Of a stretch of 64,000 nt of DNA, positions 29,076 to 43,647 are shown one piece after another (within the stretch, counting starts at the first letter, position 1; every line of letters starts with the position of its first letter). The notes below the pieces were generated by a model, which was given only the letters and a program-made list of their open reading frames with translations, ran no database searches and was not told where the DNA came from. The position numbers and the translations under genes are program-made. The stretch is from Perna viridis. Taxonomy: Eukaryota. The stretch is from NCBI GenBank assembly GCA_037379345.1, contig CM074518.1, positions 744,001 to 808,000 of the forward strand, written 5' to 3'.

Positions 29076-31954
29076 TACTTCTTCATGTGATTTATAAACA
29101 ATTTGCCTGATTCTTAGAAAAAGAAGTACTTAAAATGTTACACATCAAGAAAATTTCATTCTGCAAAAAAAATTTAAAGTGGAAACAATATCCTCCCTCT
29201 ATTCAGGAAATTATTTGTATCCAATTAGAGTTTTAGCTATTGTCTGCCAAGGAATAGTGACACATTATAATAGAAAGAGGAAATAAAGGAAAAAACCATG
29301 TTAAAACACAATGACTGAATATAATTACATGAAAGTGATGATAGTTTTAATCTAACCTTCTCCATTGTCATCCAGAGATATGAATTAAATCGTTGACTTC
29401 GAGGGCTTCTTCTCTTAATTAACGACCTCCTATCACAATGCTTGCATCAGAATAAAAAAAATGCAGTGGACCATCAAAGCAGGAATGTTTTTGACAGACA
29501 AAATAATGTTTTAATTATGCTGGAGACCTATTAAAAAGAGGAAAACTCAACTCAAGTACAGTTGATAATTAAACCTAAAGTGTCTCAGATTCTAATTTAT
29601 CTATATCCTATTATCCAAAATAATATACTAAGATGACCAATTGATTTTTTTTTAAGCCAATAATTTACTGATTTACTGGTACAAAGTGAATCACTGTTTT
29701 TGTTTTATATAAAAAATGGTTTTACAAAATGTGAAGCCTAATATTCCTTACCAACCAATTTATCCAAAGACTGAATTCTGAGGGCTGAGTTGATGCTTTG
29801 TCAGAGAAATACTTTAATTCTTATTTATTCATTTTGCAGTTGATAGTAATGATTCAATTTGCTTATATTTACCTGATATTTACTAACAATTAAAGACTTG
29901 GCATTTTTTCTTACATTTCATCAGATAAAAGTAAATAGTTCAAAATTTCATTGACAAAAACAGATGAAACAAGAGAACAGGCTGAAACTCAATGAAACCT
30001 GATAAGGGTAGAGTTAATAGAATTCAACCACATAACTCGTCATTAAAACCATTATAACAATTCCATAGAAGACCAAACTAAGAACTTCTCCTGCTTCCAT
30101 TGTCTCCTGATACTGCATGCCAACCGTGCGATGACAGACTTGCTGACAAATGGATCCCACGTCTAATGGGCTGTGTTCTATTGTGAAATGGACTTATTTG
30201 ATCTGAGTTACTGTTGATTAAATCTCCTTTGTTCTCAGGAAAAAGATGGAATCCAATGTTAAAATTTTGACACTGATCCAATGAAATAAAGCTTTTGCAA
30301 TGATAACCAGGAAATCTTCAATTTATACAAATGCAATTTTTAGGAAAGATTTTGTGAATTTATTCAATATTTGTTCTTTTAGAGTAAATTAAGTGATTTA
30401 AGAACCTTTTGTAAAGATATCAAATAAATATAATTTCCAATTGACAGATTCTCAAGAGTCAATTTACTCAACAGAAGTTTGTATTGTGGAATAACTATTT
30501 TGGAATACATTATATCAGCATTGAATTTCCATTTAATTTTTCACAATAACAATTTACTTAACGTTATTTATCTATTATTTGTTATGTATAAATAATTTGA
30601 TCTCCATAAACCTAACAGCTCTTTATAATAATTGTAACTGCACCATAAGAAAAACCAAATTACTGAATATTTTTGGATGTCAAAATTAACACTAATTTGA
30701 TCCATACCTTAGAAATAGAAATCGTAAAACTTATTCCCTTATGAAACAGGTGTCATAAGAAACAAATTAGGTCTGAAAAAATAAATATTGACTTTCTTCT
30801 ATCAAGATATAATACCAGAACTTCAGCAATTTACTAATTGCAGCTATCAAGCCATAAAATATCCTTGCTGATTTTTTTCTTTATTTACTCAGGCAAAGCA
30901 ATCAGAATGAATCATGTTTCCTATTGTTTTAATTTCTATACATTTTAAGATTTAGTTTTATATTGTTTGTTTTGAAAGCTATCCCACATGATCATGTATT
31001 CATTCTGAAAACTTATCTAATGGAATAAATCAATAAAAATTGTTACAATTCTCTGTTTTATGGAAATCTTTAAATTCTTTTAAATGGCATAATCCCATCA
31101 ATAAGAGTGTTTGTAACCATGAAGTGTCATCATTATACCTGTCTCATACCTGCCTGTATGGTAATGATATTGTGTATAGCTACCGTGACTCATAATGCAC
31201 GTGAAAATTATTAAGAAAGATTTGACATTTGGTCTCAAAAGGCGATAACTTTTATGTACCAGTCTGTTTGCCTTCATGCATGCATTATGTTAGATTAAAA
31301 ATAGCTTTATTTTTCTTTTGAAGATAATTAAAAAATGAAAAACAAGATTACATGGCTTAAGTCCATCAATAAATAGAAAACAAATGGATCCTATAAATCA
31401 ATATAATGGCACTCAGAATTTTTATTGATTCTAAAACATTCATACATGTTCTTTTCAAAAGACAGATTTGAGAAAATAACACAGTTTAAAACATTTCATT
31501 ACAACAGTTATGAATTCCAAAGCTTTTAATAAAACAGCGCCCATAAAGATGACAGATTACTATAGGAAAACAGGTCCAAGACAGGATATGTATGTAGGTT
31601 GTGATTCTTAATTTAATCTAGTTTATAGAAATACATGTACTATTTTAAGGTTCTATACTCATAACACGATGCCATTGCTCGTCCAAACTGCCTACAGCTA
31701 TCATAGAACAAAAACCTAGTACAATAAAGTATAGATGAAGATCCCATGGGGGTCTACCGAAGATTGATATAGATGAACAATATTGATAAAGATGACAGAT
31801 TGGCTGTAAAATATTGAGACAAGTACTGTCTTAGGTAGTCAATTGTCCATAAAAAGTAAACCATGTTTTCACAGGTTTCAAAGTCTGAACACGTATACAG
31901 ATTTTTTTGTGCTAGGCAATTGTGAAGGATGACCAGCTTATAAAAAGGAAATGC

Positions 31955-32430
31955 TTCTTCTCCCCTTGTGTATGGCAGGAGTCCTCTTTTTCCCCTTGTG
32001 TACTTCCTTCACTGGTGTTTGGAAGGAGTCTTCTTTCTCCCCTTGTGCTTGGCAGGAGTCTTCTTTCTCCCCTTGTGTATAGCAGGAGTCTTCATTCTTC
32101 ACTAGTGTTTGGAAGGAGTCTTCTTTCTCCCCTTGTGCTTGGCAGGAGTCTCCTTTCTTCACTAGTGTTTGGAAGGCATTTCTTTCTACCCTTGTACTTG
32201 GCAGGAGTCTTCATTTCTTCACTAGTGTTTGGAAGGAGTCTTCTTTCTCCCCTTGTGCTTGGCAGGAGTCTTCTTTCTCCCCTTGTGCTTGACAGGAGTC
32301 TTCATTCTTCACTGGTGTTTGGAAGGAGTTTCTTTCTCCCATTGTGTTTGGCAGGAGTATTCAGTCTTCATTAGTGTTTGGAAGGAGTTTTGGAAGGAGT
32401 CTTCTTTCTCCCATTGTGCATGGCAAGGGT
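31955..32430. repeat. 33-bp minisatellite (GGCAGGAGTCTTCTTTCTCCCCTTGTGCTT...)
   Basis: About 14 copies with two alternating variants. Confidence 0.9.
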
Positions 32431-33156
32431 AGTCTGATCTTGACACAGAAAGCTCACTGTACATTACAATACCAATCTGTGAGCCTGACAGTATGAAATG
32501 ATTTTACTCAGATAATATGCTATAGAGTCACCATCAACTGTCATAGGATATCCCAATGCCATGTCTGGCAATAAGTAAAAAAATGACTTTCTGATTCATC
32601 CACTGATGGCTTGTAATCAGATAAATACATTATGGAAATCTGAGGAAAATTTCTCTGCATCCTTAGAGATTTTCACTATGACTTACATATGAAAATTGTC
32701 GGAGACTCTATCTAACGAGCCAATACATGGACTTTCTCTTCCTGTATCTATAAGACACGCTGGTATCATTACTATAGACAAATGTATAGTAATCTCATCC
32801 TATGAAATCATTATACGTAGAGAGACATTTAAATTACTATAGTGGACAGTATATGGTACTACAATGCTAATTCTACCCTAGAGAAAGATTTCTAAATTAC
32901 TTTATTTGGATAAAACTTGCATGGAATCAATGTTGATTTATAAAGCATGTAAATTCACTCCATAAAAATTAACTTGAAGATAAATCTGTCTGCACTAGAA
33001 ATTCATGAACCCTTACAATTAGAAACTTAAGGACTAAATGATCAAACAAAAACATTAATCTTTATCCTAATGATTGTATACAGTTTTAGAACCAAGCTTT
33101 CTGAAAAGGGGGCAATGTTGCAGCTGTAATTACAATTTCTTTGTCTTGTATTTCAG

Positions 33157-33254
33157 CTGACAGGTATCATGGATTCCTATACAGGAGACAAGGAGATACC
33201 AAAGATATTCCAATTTATGATTCTAATGGCTGGATAGCTGGTATACAGGCTATG
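33157..33254 (+). CDS. Exon (T-DRYHGFLYRRQGDTKDIPIYDSNGWIAGIQAM)
   Basis: TTGTATTTCAG acceptor and ATG|GTAAGT donor; phase 1/0, consistent with both neighbouring exons. Confidence 0.85.
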
Positions 33255-33627
33255 GTAAGTCAGCTTTGGTCTGGATAGCTGGTATACAGACCATGGTAAG
33301 TCAGCTTTGGTCTGGATAGCTGGTATACAGGCCATGGTAAGTCAGCTTTGGTCTGGATAGCTGGTATACAGGCCATGGTAAGTCAGCTTTGGTCTGGATA
33401 GCTGGTATACAGGCCATGGTAAGTCAGCTTTGGTCTGGATAGCTGGTATACAGGCCATGGTAAGTCAGCTTTGGTCTGGATAGCTGATATACAGGCCATG
33501 GTAAGTCAGCTTTGGTCTGGATAGCTGGTATACAGACCATGGTAAGTCAGCTTTGGTCTACAGGCCATGGTAAGTCAGCTTTGGTCTGGGTAGCTGGTAT
33601 ACAGGCTATGGTAAGTCAGCTTTGGTC
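33230..33627 (+). repeat. 41-bp minisatellite made from the exon 3' end + 5' splice site (CTGGATAGCTGGTATACAGGCCATG|GTAAGTCAGCTTTGGT), 10 donors
   Basis: GTAAGT at 33255, 33296, 33337, 33378, 33419, 33460, 33501, 33542, 33570 and 33611. Confidence 0.95.
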
Positions 33628-36600
33628 CAACACAGATCTTTATCTTTAGAAACATTTTCTATAACAATAATGTATGAAATTGGACCATTGTCAGTATACT
33701 GATGTTGATAATCATAGTTCAGTTCACTAAAACACTTTCTCAAAAAAAAAAGACTCAAATTGTGTTTAAACATCATCTATATGTTATCATAAAACCTTTA
33801 ACATTTACTTTATAAATAATAATTTAATTTTAATAAAATATATGATATGTATAAATATCTAATATCAAAATAAACAAAGCAGTTTCTGCTTGCTGTAAAC
33901 ATAAACTTGCTATGTCACCATTTTTTTCCATCTATACATTGATTTTGTAAACTTTTACTATGATCATGAAAGAAAAATTTAGATGTAAATGAATATTTTA
34001 CATTTCAGAGATTATTTTATCAGATAATTTGCATAGCATGTTTTCAGATAGCTATCCACTCATGAATAAGTTTTCCATTCTCTTTGAATTTGGCTTTGGT
34101 TACAAGAGGGTTACAGAACAATAACTATTTATTCATATTTTATTACCTTTAATTTGTGAATCTTTGCACATGACGTAAAAGTTTGAAGTCAAAAAGAATT
34201 ATCTAGAGCATCAATTGTGAAAACAATTTAATTATTTCTAAAATTTCTCATATTTATATCAATTCTATCTGGTTATTGCAATTTACATCCATATTAGGAT
34301 AATATTTCTTCATTAGTCAGAAAGTCAATACTTTTCCACCTCCAAACAGAAGAGCAGGAATTTTCTATTTGTTCAATACTTTTCTCTCCTCTTTACAAAA
34401 GAGTGCTATAATTTTGTTTGCCCTTCATATTTTTCATCCTCAATATCATGGAACTTTGTGGTGTTTACTATCTGAACACTAGCAGACCATTAAAGAACTT
34501 GAAATGAACGATTCCAACCAGTCTGACACTTCCGTGAAACATACAATATTCTTGTCATTTTGTGTTGGTTTCCAACAAATACAACAGAATCAATATTTCT
34601 TAATGTTCATTTTTTTTTTTGATGAATTACAAGTAAATTATATACACAAATTTGACACTATACATGGAAAATTGCCTTGAACATTTGATCTAAACATACA
34701 TAACGACAGAGTGCTGTGAAAAGCTTTTATCAAGGAAATTCACAATGAAATTCCATGTACATCATTCTTTATAATGATTTATAGTACTCAAAGAAATTGG
34801 AAGAAATTTAAAACAATACACAGTAATGTTAAATCACTAAATTCTTTAAAACTAAAAATTGAAGACTATCCCCTTCCAAACATAATAAAAATACTCTCAA
34901 GACATTAATATAAAGGTAGATGACTACAGAAACAAATGTCTACATACATGTTACAAAGTCTAACAGGAAACAGAGCATTTGACAATATGAAGCATTAATG
35001 GACCCACAGAGAAATACTCCCTTTGTCATACAACAAATGAATTTTGCATCCATTAAACTAATTATTTGAAACATGGACAAAGTGGTAAAACCTAAACCAA
35101 AGCTTTGGGACACGGTGAACTTCTACCGGTAACAATCCAAGCCATTAGTAGGACTAACACTACACATACAGAAATCTTCGAGCAGTTGCCCTGCCAGTTA
35201 CTAATTGTCACCAAGTTCTGACCCATAGATGTCCTTATCTCTGATTACAATATGATGTTTAATGTGATAATGGGCCCCTGGAGATGCCACCAACAGGACA
35301 TCATGATAAATGTTTGACCATTAAAAGTCATCTATAGGGACATCAATGCTGAGCACATGAACAATGTTTAACTGCAGGGACTTGTACCAGTGTCAATTAT
35401 GAAAATACTTAAAACTTTATTTTAATTAAGCAAAAGAGTTTAGCTTTGATAATGAGAAGAAAGGATAAAATTCAACTTGGTTTGGTCTTCATCAGAAGTT
35501 AATGGTATAAACTTATGGATGTGTAATGTATTGGTTTGGTTGTAAGTATCTCCTGGACATCAAAAACTCAGCAGATGTTTCTTTAAACATCACAGGAACA
35601 GCTTGTCCCAAGTATGTTTTGGGGTGGTAGACAGAGGGTAATTGTGACTGTCCTTTGGTTTCCACCAATGGAGTTGCTCATTCATTGACTTATTTTGTTT
35701 CTGTGGTAGATTCAGTTTTTAAGATTATATCACTTTGAATCAAATGATTTTACCAGACAATTACAAATATTTATTTAGTTATAGTAATGTTTTGAACTTT
35801 GCATCTAACAGATGTACATCCTAATCTTACAGGCATACATCATATGAGAGGATTATCTTCATTATATCTGTCGTTTCATTTCTTAGTACGAAAATATTTT
35901 AGATGGTCACCATAAACTTCCTACTGAAACAATTCAGTACAAGAAATGATAGAGGAAACACAATTTCAGGTGGTCTGCCTTGAACCATAAATTATTCTCC
36001 AGATTAGCTTCTAATCTCTTTAACTTTATCACTCTAACTGCTCAAAATTCAGATAAAGAGACAGTCTGGCAGATATTAAATGAAATAAAATACCATTTTT
36101 GAGATTATGATGAATCTTATTTTCATTTGATGGGTGCACCAAATTCAACTAGATGGTGGGTGTGATGCAAAATAAAAAGCTGAATAAACAATTTTTTTTA
36201 GTTTATTTGAAGTGTCAGTGTATGTTTCCATTATCCTCAAAATTGCTATATCATAAAACATGGTTTTTTCTAGGAATGGATAGAAGGAATGCACTAATCT
36301 TTGTTAGGCTAAATCATGGTACAAAGATGTTTTCTACATTGAACTGTTACAGAGCTGTTTTCTGTATTTTAAACTATCTTTGTCAAAATCTTAACATCAT
36401 AGTTAACTTGATTTCACTCTTTTGCATAAATACCCAGACTCAGCAAAATGAGTTGGACCAAGTTTTACAATATGTATAAAATGTAGTGCAAAGATGAACC
36501 TATTAATAATGGTCAGTGGGATGACAATAAATAATCAGTTTTTGTTTGATTTATACTTTTATTAAACAGGCAAAAATTGGTCTGTCTGATTTGGAAATGA

Positions 36601-39349
36601 GCTATTATAGATAAAATCTAGCTACTGTTGACCAAGATAGGTCAAAGGTTAAATTATTCATTTATATTACACCCAGTAGTGCATGATAGATATATGGGTT
36701 AGCATATGTAAAAAAAAATCATCTCTCTTAATGAGACTTACTCAAACTGTTGATTAATTTTAAATGGAAGCTTATGCCTACTTTAACATTATTTCAAAGG
36801 TTATTTTTATTCTATCATTTCTGTTTCAAGAGGAGTTACAACAAATTAAAAAAAAAAACACTGAGGCAAAAACTTAAAAGACTATTAATCAAAATACTAA
36901 AGAAGAACATAAGAATATAAGGTTACATGTTTGGGCCCCAGGGTTGAGTCTCCATAACTTGATACATAAAAAATTGACAAACTGATGTCCTCAATATGGT
37001 ATAATAGGGGCAAAATTATCTAAATCTGATTAGGAGTACATTTGTAAAGTCAATATCAACATTGGTAATGTTAAATAATGAAGAGTTTATCACCAAATAA
37101 AACATTTTTTCAGGCTTTCAGCAAGTTTTATTTTAATGCTGTCTGAATTTACAGGAAGTGTCATTTCTAAAAAAAAAAATTTCCTAGAGCACAAATATTT
37201 GTGACTATTTTTGTTTATATCAGTAAGACTTAAGCAGACAGGAACTGAGCCAAGATGATGGCAGAAAATTGTGATCTAAAACTGTCAACAGGAAACAGTC
37301 AAAACTTAAAAAAATCATTTCTCCCACAGCAGTGCCAATAGTCAAAACTTAAAATCATTACTCCCTACCAATCTTTACAAACCAGAGGTTCAACAGTTGT
37401 ACACAAGTTGTTTTAAAATATTTAGAAGTCTTACTTATGAAAAAGTGAAAGGCTTGAGAAAAAAACAAGACAAATGAACAATTATTTTATGATTTCTCTT
37501 AAAAGTAAAAGCAAAAATCAAAAGAGAATGATAAAAAATCCTAAGATAGAATTGTACTTTGTCTAAAAGCTGCCTCTAATTGGAAGCAATATCCCATCAT
37601 AAGCCATCGATTTTTTCCTCCTTTTGTTGTATAAGATATAAATAACATAGACATTGCTAGTATTTAATACAAGACTTAACAATTCAATATACAAAATAAT
37701 ATCACTGCCTCTAGCTTCTTAAGTTTGATGTATGGAAGTTCCATTATTGTTTGAGCTAGGGAAAGGATGTTCTAAATTAATCCTCACAACTGGCTTAGTA
37801 TTGCTCTAAAAATGAATAGAAAGTGAAACTATTGTTTAATTAATAAGGCAGCTAACTAAACCATAGTCATTCTTCATCATGACTTTTGCTTACCAAATTA
37901 TTAACTGTACAAATTGCCAGCTACTAGTATATATGGACATTTTATAACTGAGCCTGAGTGACAACATATATAACTCCATTTAAGCAAACTCCAGCAAACT
38001 TGTAGTCAATCTTTCTAAGATGTTCTCAGACCAATATCAAGCTAGCAATAAATAAGAAAGAGAAGCCAGGAAAAACCGTGATTTAAACAGTAACAGTTGA
38101 AAATAAGTTCCGTGATCATATCACTCAAGACAGATCATTGAAAGAACCACTGCTATCAATATCTGCAGAAAGTTTATCAAAATCCTCATTGTCGTAATTA
38201 AGCAAAGAAGAAAACTGGTAATCAAATGGAGAAATCTTAATGAATATCTGTTGCATGCAGTAAACTGCTAACAATCAACTTAGATAAAATATGGTTTAAA
38301 ACAAAAGCTGGTAATTTGCTCATTGATTTCTGTACAGCCATGATACACTGTGTTCACTACATGCAATGGTGGATAGAAGTTACAAAATTAAATGAAAACC
38401 AATTCTAACACTTTAAAATATCATTCTGTCAATTTGCACTGCAATTCTAACAGATTTTAGATGCAGTGTTTTGAACCCTCAGAGAAATAAAGTAAAAGTA
38501 TATTCACTTCAATAAAATCAATCTATCTGATTTAGGTGTCAATTAATTCAGATATTGCCCTATACAAGTAATACATGTAATGGACTTCAGTGTAAATATT
38601 TTTAAGCTTTGTAAATTGAAAATGTCAGAACAATTAATCCATTTTACTCTCTCTTGTTCTAGGACCATTTTATTCAGTATTGTTTCTGATTTATGGACAG
38701 TCAGGTGACAAAGTATTGTAAAGTCTATAGCATGTGGGAAAATGTTGATGAAAACTTTGTACTTTAAAATATAGGTAAAATAAATGTTTGATGAAACAAG
38801 ATATTATATCAAATCCTAACCTTGTTTTTTTTTTTTTTAATTCTTGAAGTTTGTGTTTTTGAATCAATAGACTGAGGGAGAATATATTTATGACTGTTTA
38901 GAATGAAATAGAATCATTTCTCTCATTAACCATGGATTAAAAGATAAAAAGTCCAGAAGCATACATCTCATATTTTGACAAATCATCAATTTTCATTACA
39001 AACATGCCAGCAGTATAGTAAATGATGCATAGTTATGTTCCATAGGCTTTCTATTGCACAACCTCACACATTTAATCATGGTGAAAGCTATGGAAATCCA
39101 TTATAAACCCTCCATGGATCCATCAATAAAATATATGTCAGAACATTAAGCAGTGTTTTACAGGTCTCCTGAGACAGAGAAATCAAACTTCGACCTTTTG
39201 CAGATATTTTACATAAAAAAATTAATACCTATAAATTCCACCTTTTTTTATCATCCATTGACGTACTGCTTTAATCATCATTAGTAACTGTTATCATTTA
39301 ACTTGTGATATGAAACAGAAAAAATGTCAATTCAGTCACACAAAAATCT

Positions 39350-39728
39350 GTTTTTACCTTCCATAGTGGCCTCTAAGTCAATTTTTACCTTTAATAGTGG
39401 CCTCTCAGTCAATTTTTATCTTTGACAGTGGTCTCTCAGTCATGTTTGACTTTTGATAGTGGCTTCTCAGTCAATTTTTACCTTTGATAGTGGTCTCTCA
39501 GTCAAGTTTGACCTTTGATAGTGGCTTCTCAGTCAATGTTTACCTTTGGTAGTGGCTTCTCAGTCAATTTTTATCTTTGATAGTGGTCTCTCAGTCAAGT
39601 TTGACCTTTGATAGTGGCTTCTCAGTCAATGTTTACCTTTGGTAGTGGCTTCTCAGTCAATTTTTACCTGTGACAGTGGTCTCTCAGTCAAGTTTGACCT
39701 TTAATAGTGGCCTCTCAGTCAATTTTTA
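39350..39728. repeat. 30-bp minisatellite (TTTACCTTTGATAGTGGCTTCTCAGTCAAT)
   Basis: About 12 copies. Confidence 0.9.
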
Positions 39729-39934
39729 CTTGTACATTTGAGTAAGAATTCAATGTTAAGCATCTATAGTACACATCTCATAGATTTCTACTAGTATACA
39801 CAATGATAAGTTGTATTGTTTACATCAGTAACTGCAGCATAGTTCTTGTAATGACAATAAATACCAAGAAGATAAATATTCCTGAAACAATCTGGTGAAT
39901 TGACCAAATCAATATATTATAATGTGTCTTTCAG

Positions 39935-40064
39935 ATTCCTGCATATATGAAGGGATTTAACTCATTAAACCAGACAATAACTTTACCACCATATGAGATT
40001 ATGCCCCCTGTTTTAACTGGATACGACCCTGAGGAACCTGGAAGAACATTTTATACAATAACAG
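39935..40064 (+). CDS. Exon (IPAYMKGFNSLNQTITLPPYEIMPPVLTGYDPEEPGRTFYTIT)
   Basis: GTCTTTCAG acceptor and CAG|GTATAC donor; phase 0/1; open frame. Confidence 0.8.
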
Positions 40065-40350
40065 GTATACTTAAAAATAGAATAATTAACTAAATGAATC
40101 AAGCACACTGCCGTGTCTGTCCAAGGTACACACAGTTTCCTGATATTAGGAACATAAGATTTTATATTTGTTAGAAGGATCAAAGCTACAATCCTAAGGG
40201 TTACATATCTCATCATTGTTAGTATGGGTAGCAGATAAAATTAAAGTCTATAAATACATTTTTTATAGTCACAAATATCAAAGGTGTTTCAATCACCAAC
40301 AATATTGGTCATAGGCATTGCTTCAAATATATGTTTTTTTTCTATTTTAG

Positions 40351-40527
40351 CATATTTCAAACATCCAAAATTGGTTTGTAATCCTATAGCTGTGCATCAC
40401 ATACACCCAGGTAAAGGACTTTATATACAGATGGGGCCAAACCCAGTGACAACTAGTATATCTATACCATTGGAATCAAAGGATCTTGGTCCAATGTGGG
40501 TACAAGGCACCTGTGTCCCAAGAATGG
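40351..40527 (+). CDS. Exon (A-YFKHPKLVCNPIAVHHIHPGKGLYIQMGPNPVTTSISIPLESKDLGPMWVQGTCVPRM)
   Basis: TTTTTCTATTTTAG acceptor and G|GTAAGT donor; phase 1/1. Confidence 0.88.
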
Positions 40528-43500
40528 GTAAGTCAATTCAATTCTTCCTCAAAATCAAATTAGGGCAAATATTTATGGGTAAAGATGCCATAGGAAATAA
40601 TCTTATCAAAACTGAAGGTATTTACCTTCTAAGAAATAACAAGATCTGCTAAATGTATGTACTCCATCTTGACTACATGAGATAAATAACACCTTTTGGA
40701 TTTTGTTTGGTTAAGAAAAAGTTAAAAATTCATTTGACTTGATAAAGCGTTTAGATAAGACAAGTTTTTGGATTATTCAGGGTTGGGTTTATGCAGGTTT
40801 CAATATATTTCTTAGAAGATGAAATTGCATGTTCATTTCAATTTAAAATTTAACATTAATACATGTATGAAAATGATCACAATAAATGTCACGGTTTTAA
40901 TATGAACCCAATCAGTGGTTAGATTCCCTGAACTTAATTTTGCTTTAAATATTTAAATATATCAACTCCTGACAGATTAAAACAACTATCAGGAAGTCTC
41001 CTAGTCTTTCATGCTGAGAAAACATATGGTAAAGAAAACTTATCTTTGCTGTGTTTAAATTATGTGTCAAATACAGTTAAAATGTTTCTATGTCCATGTT
41101 CAATGGTAATTTCAGTGATGTATGTCAAATGGAGAACAGTCTTTAAACTGAAGAGCAGAAAATTGTTATCCATGTCACTGCAGGTGCTCAGCAGGGCTGC
41201 CCATTATGTCCTTTGTTGTTCAATGAATATAATGATATTGACTTTTTCTGGATTTCCATGATAGGATATTTTTACCTTTTATGTTACTCTGTTCAGATCA
41301 GGCAGAAGTAAACTGTAATTATTATTGTGTACTAACAGCTTAGATCACAGAATCTACAATGAAGCTGTAGATGACAGCTGTGATCTATCAATGGGAAATG
41401 AAGGTCGGATCATTTTTGTATTAAAATAACTTTGTTAATATTTTTACAAATAACTTCAAAAAGTATTGAACAAAGGGAGTTTTATCATTCAATACCCAGT
41501 CACAGAAATCATCAAATAAGTAATAACCATACAATTTACATGTCTTCCTCAATTCTTTATTTCAATGCAAGTATGAGTATATAGTCCACACAATGAAATA
41601 AATCAGGTGTATCAGACTAATTATGTAAATTAAACATTAAATCATTAGATGTGTAACACAAAATGATCTTTCTGAACAGCTTTAGGGTAACATTGAAATT
41701 ACAAAAGAAAAGTTTAATCATCATCCATCAACTGCGGGGGGGAAAAAAAGAATCCATGCTATAATTAAATTTTAAAAAGAAACCTATTTGCTAGCAGGTT
41801 TGATCTGTTTCTTTGTTTTAACACAGCCCATATTTTGTGAATCCATGATGATGCTAAGGGAAATGATTACAGAATATCTACAGATTTAAAGATTAATCTA
41901 TGCTGAAACGATGTATGATCATAGGTGTTGCGTTTGATAATCCTTGAAATGTCCAGTATCACAAAATAAAATATCAGTTTGTCATGACAGTAAATCACAT
42001 ATTAAAATAATCTCTCCTTAAAACCAAAACAATACAATGGTAACCCCCTAATGAAAGGACAATATGAAATGCCAAGTTAACATCAAAAACGACCACTTGG
42101 CATCAAGTAGACAGAGACAAATCTGTTGACGATGTCAAATATAATTTACAAACTGATTGAGGTGGTCACTTTACACAAATTGATTCAAACTTTCAAATAG
42201 AACAAAAAGTTTTATAAATGTGCCCTTAAAACATAAGAGTCATTGAAAATAATGATATAAATGATATGAATCGATTCCATTGGTGACTTAATAACAGTTA
42301 TTAGAGCCAATAGCACCTTATAAAGCATTCACAAGATTTCAGAACCAATGAAAAACTGGATGAGATATCAATTACAAATCATACAGCTGCCATTAGGATT
42401 TTTAAAAGTCATCTTTTACACGGTCCTTCATACATGGCCTTAAATTAATTAGTTCCATCTAATTACTACGCAGCCATCTGCCTTACACGGCAAAGTGATA
42501 TAGTAAGTGACAATTCATTGAATGTACCCCAGCCTTCATCACAATGCTCTGGTCAAACTGAGTATAAAAGGCTTTTCCCATTAACCATGTCATCTTGTCA
42601 ATTCTTATAAAATCAAATGTTTCTAAAGACTTGAACACATGAAAGTTTTCAGAAATTAGGTCATATTTTATATATTTATCATATACTGGTATGGTAATTC
42701 CTTTTTTGTAAATTTAATTGCTATCTTATTAACAAACTATAAGTTAATTGAATCATCATTAATAGACCAAAAAATCAAACCTTCTCAAACATTTACATTC
42801 ACTGAACTAGGAAAGCTTAAAGTCAGCAGAAATTCCTCAACAATGTAACTTCTGATTTTTTCAATTACCTAAATTCACAATAAAAAATCATTAGTTGTAC
42901 CTGCCTAACAAGCCACCATAAAGTAATAATACCAGATAATGACTGTGTACCAGTCAGGTTAATGTCTTATATCATTCACCATGATAATCTAATGTAAAGA
43001 AAAATATCAATACCCAAAACCAGTAATATTCTTACTTTAATGTTGGATGGTAATGAATTTTAATATTTTATGAAGCTAATTAGTCCAAAAAGCAATTAAA
43101 CATCATCATCAAGATTTACCTTATCAGTGGAGAGGAATCCCTGTAGGTTAAAGTCATCATTCTGAAGCAAGATTAAATGAGTTTTGGAAGGCAAGATTGT
43201 AAAACAATATCCAAGAATGAACATGGATGGAAGTTACAACACACAATATCATATTTATCAGGTGTTCGTAGTACTGTCCTGTTTCCTGAATGTTTACTAA
43301 AAAAGTAAAATATATAATAATTTAAAACTTGTTAGGTACACCAAGTAAGGAATTTGCTTCAACTTATAATAAATTTATACCTGAAAGAATATTTAGTAAA
43401 ACAGTATAACAATGTGTATCATTTCATTCTGTTTTGAACAAGAGCAATTGGCACGGGCAATTGCCTTGAACAACCTCATAAAAAGGTCAGTAGGAAATAA

Positions 43501-43534
43501 ATTGTCTTGTAGGGACCTAGTAATGGGTAAAGCA

Positions 43535-43647
43535 AGTACCACTGACATGGTAGGTGCTGTATCAACCACAGGAATGGTTGGTGCTGTATCAACCACAGAC
43601 ATTGCTGGTGCTGTATCAACCACAGGAATGGTTGGTGCTGTATCAAT
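43535..43647. repeat. 27-bp tandem repeat x4 (GGTGCTGTATCAACCACAGGAATGGTT)
   Basis: Direct repeat; source of three spurious ORFs. Confidence 0.85.

Noticed and set aside
31922-32432. 150-aa GRSLLSPLV repeat ORF
   Set aside because: 33-bp minisatellite artefact.
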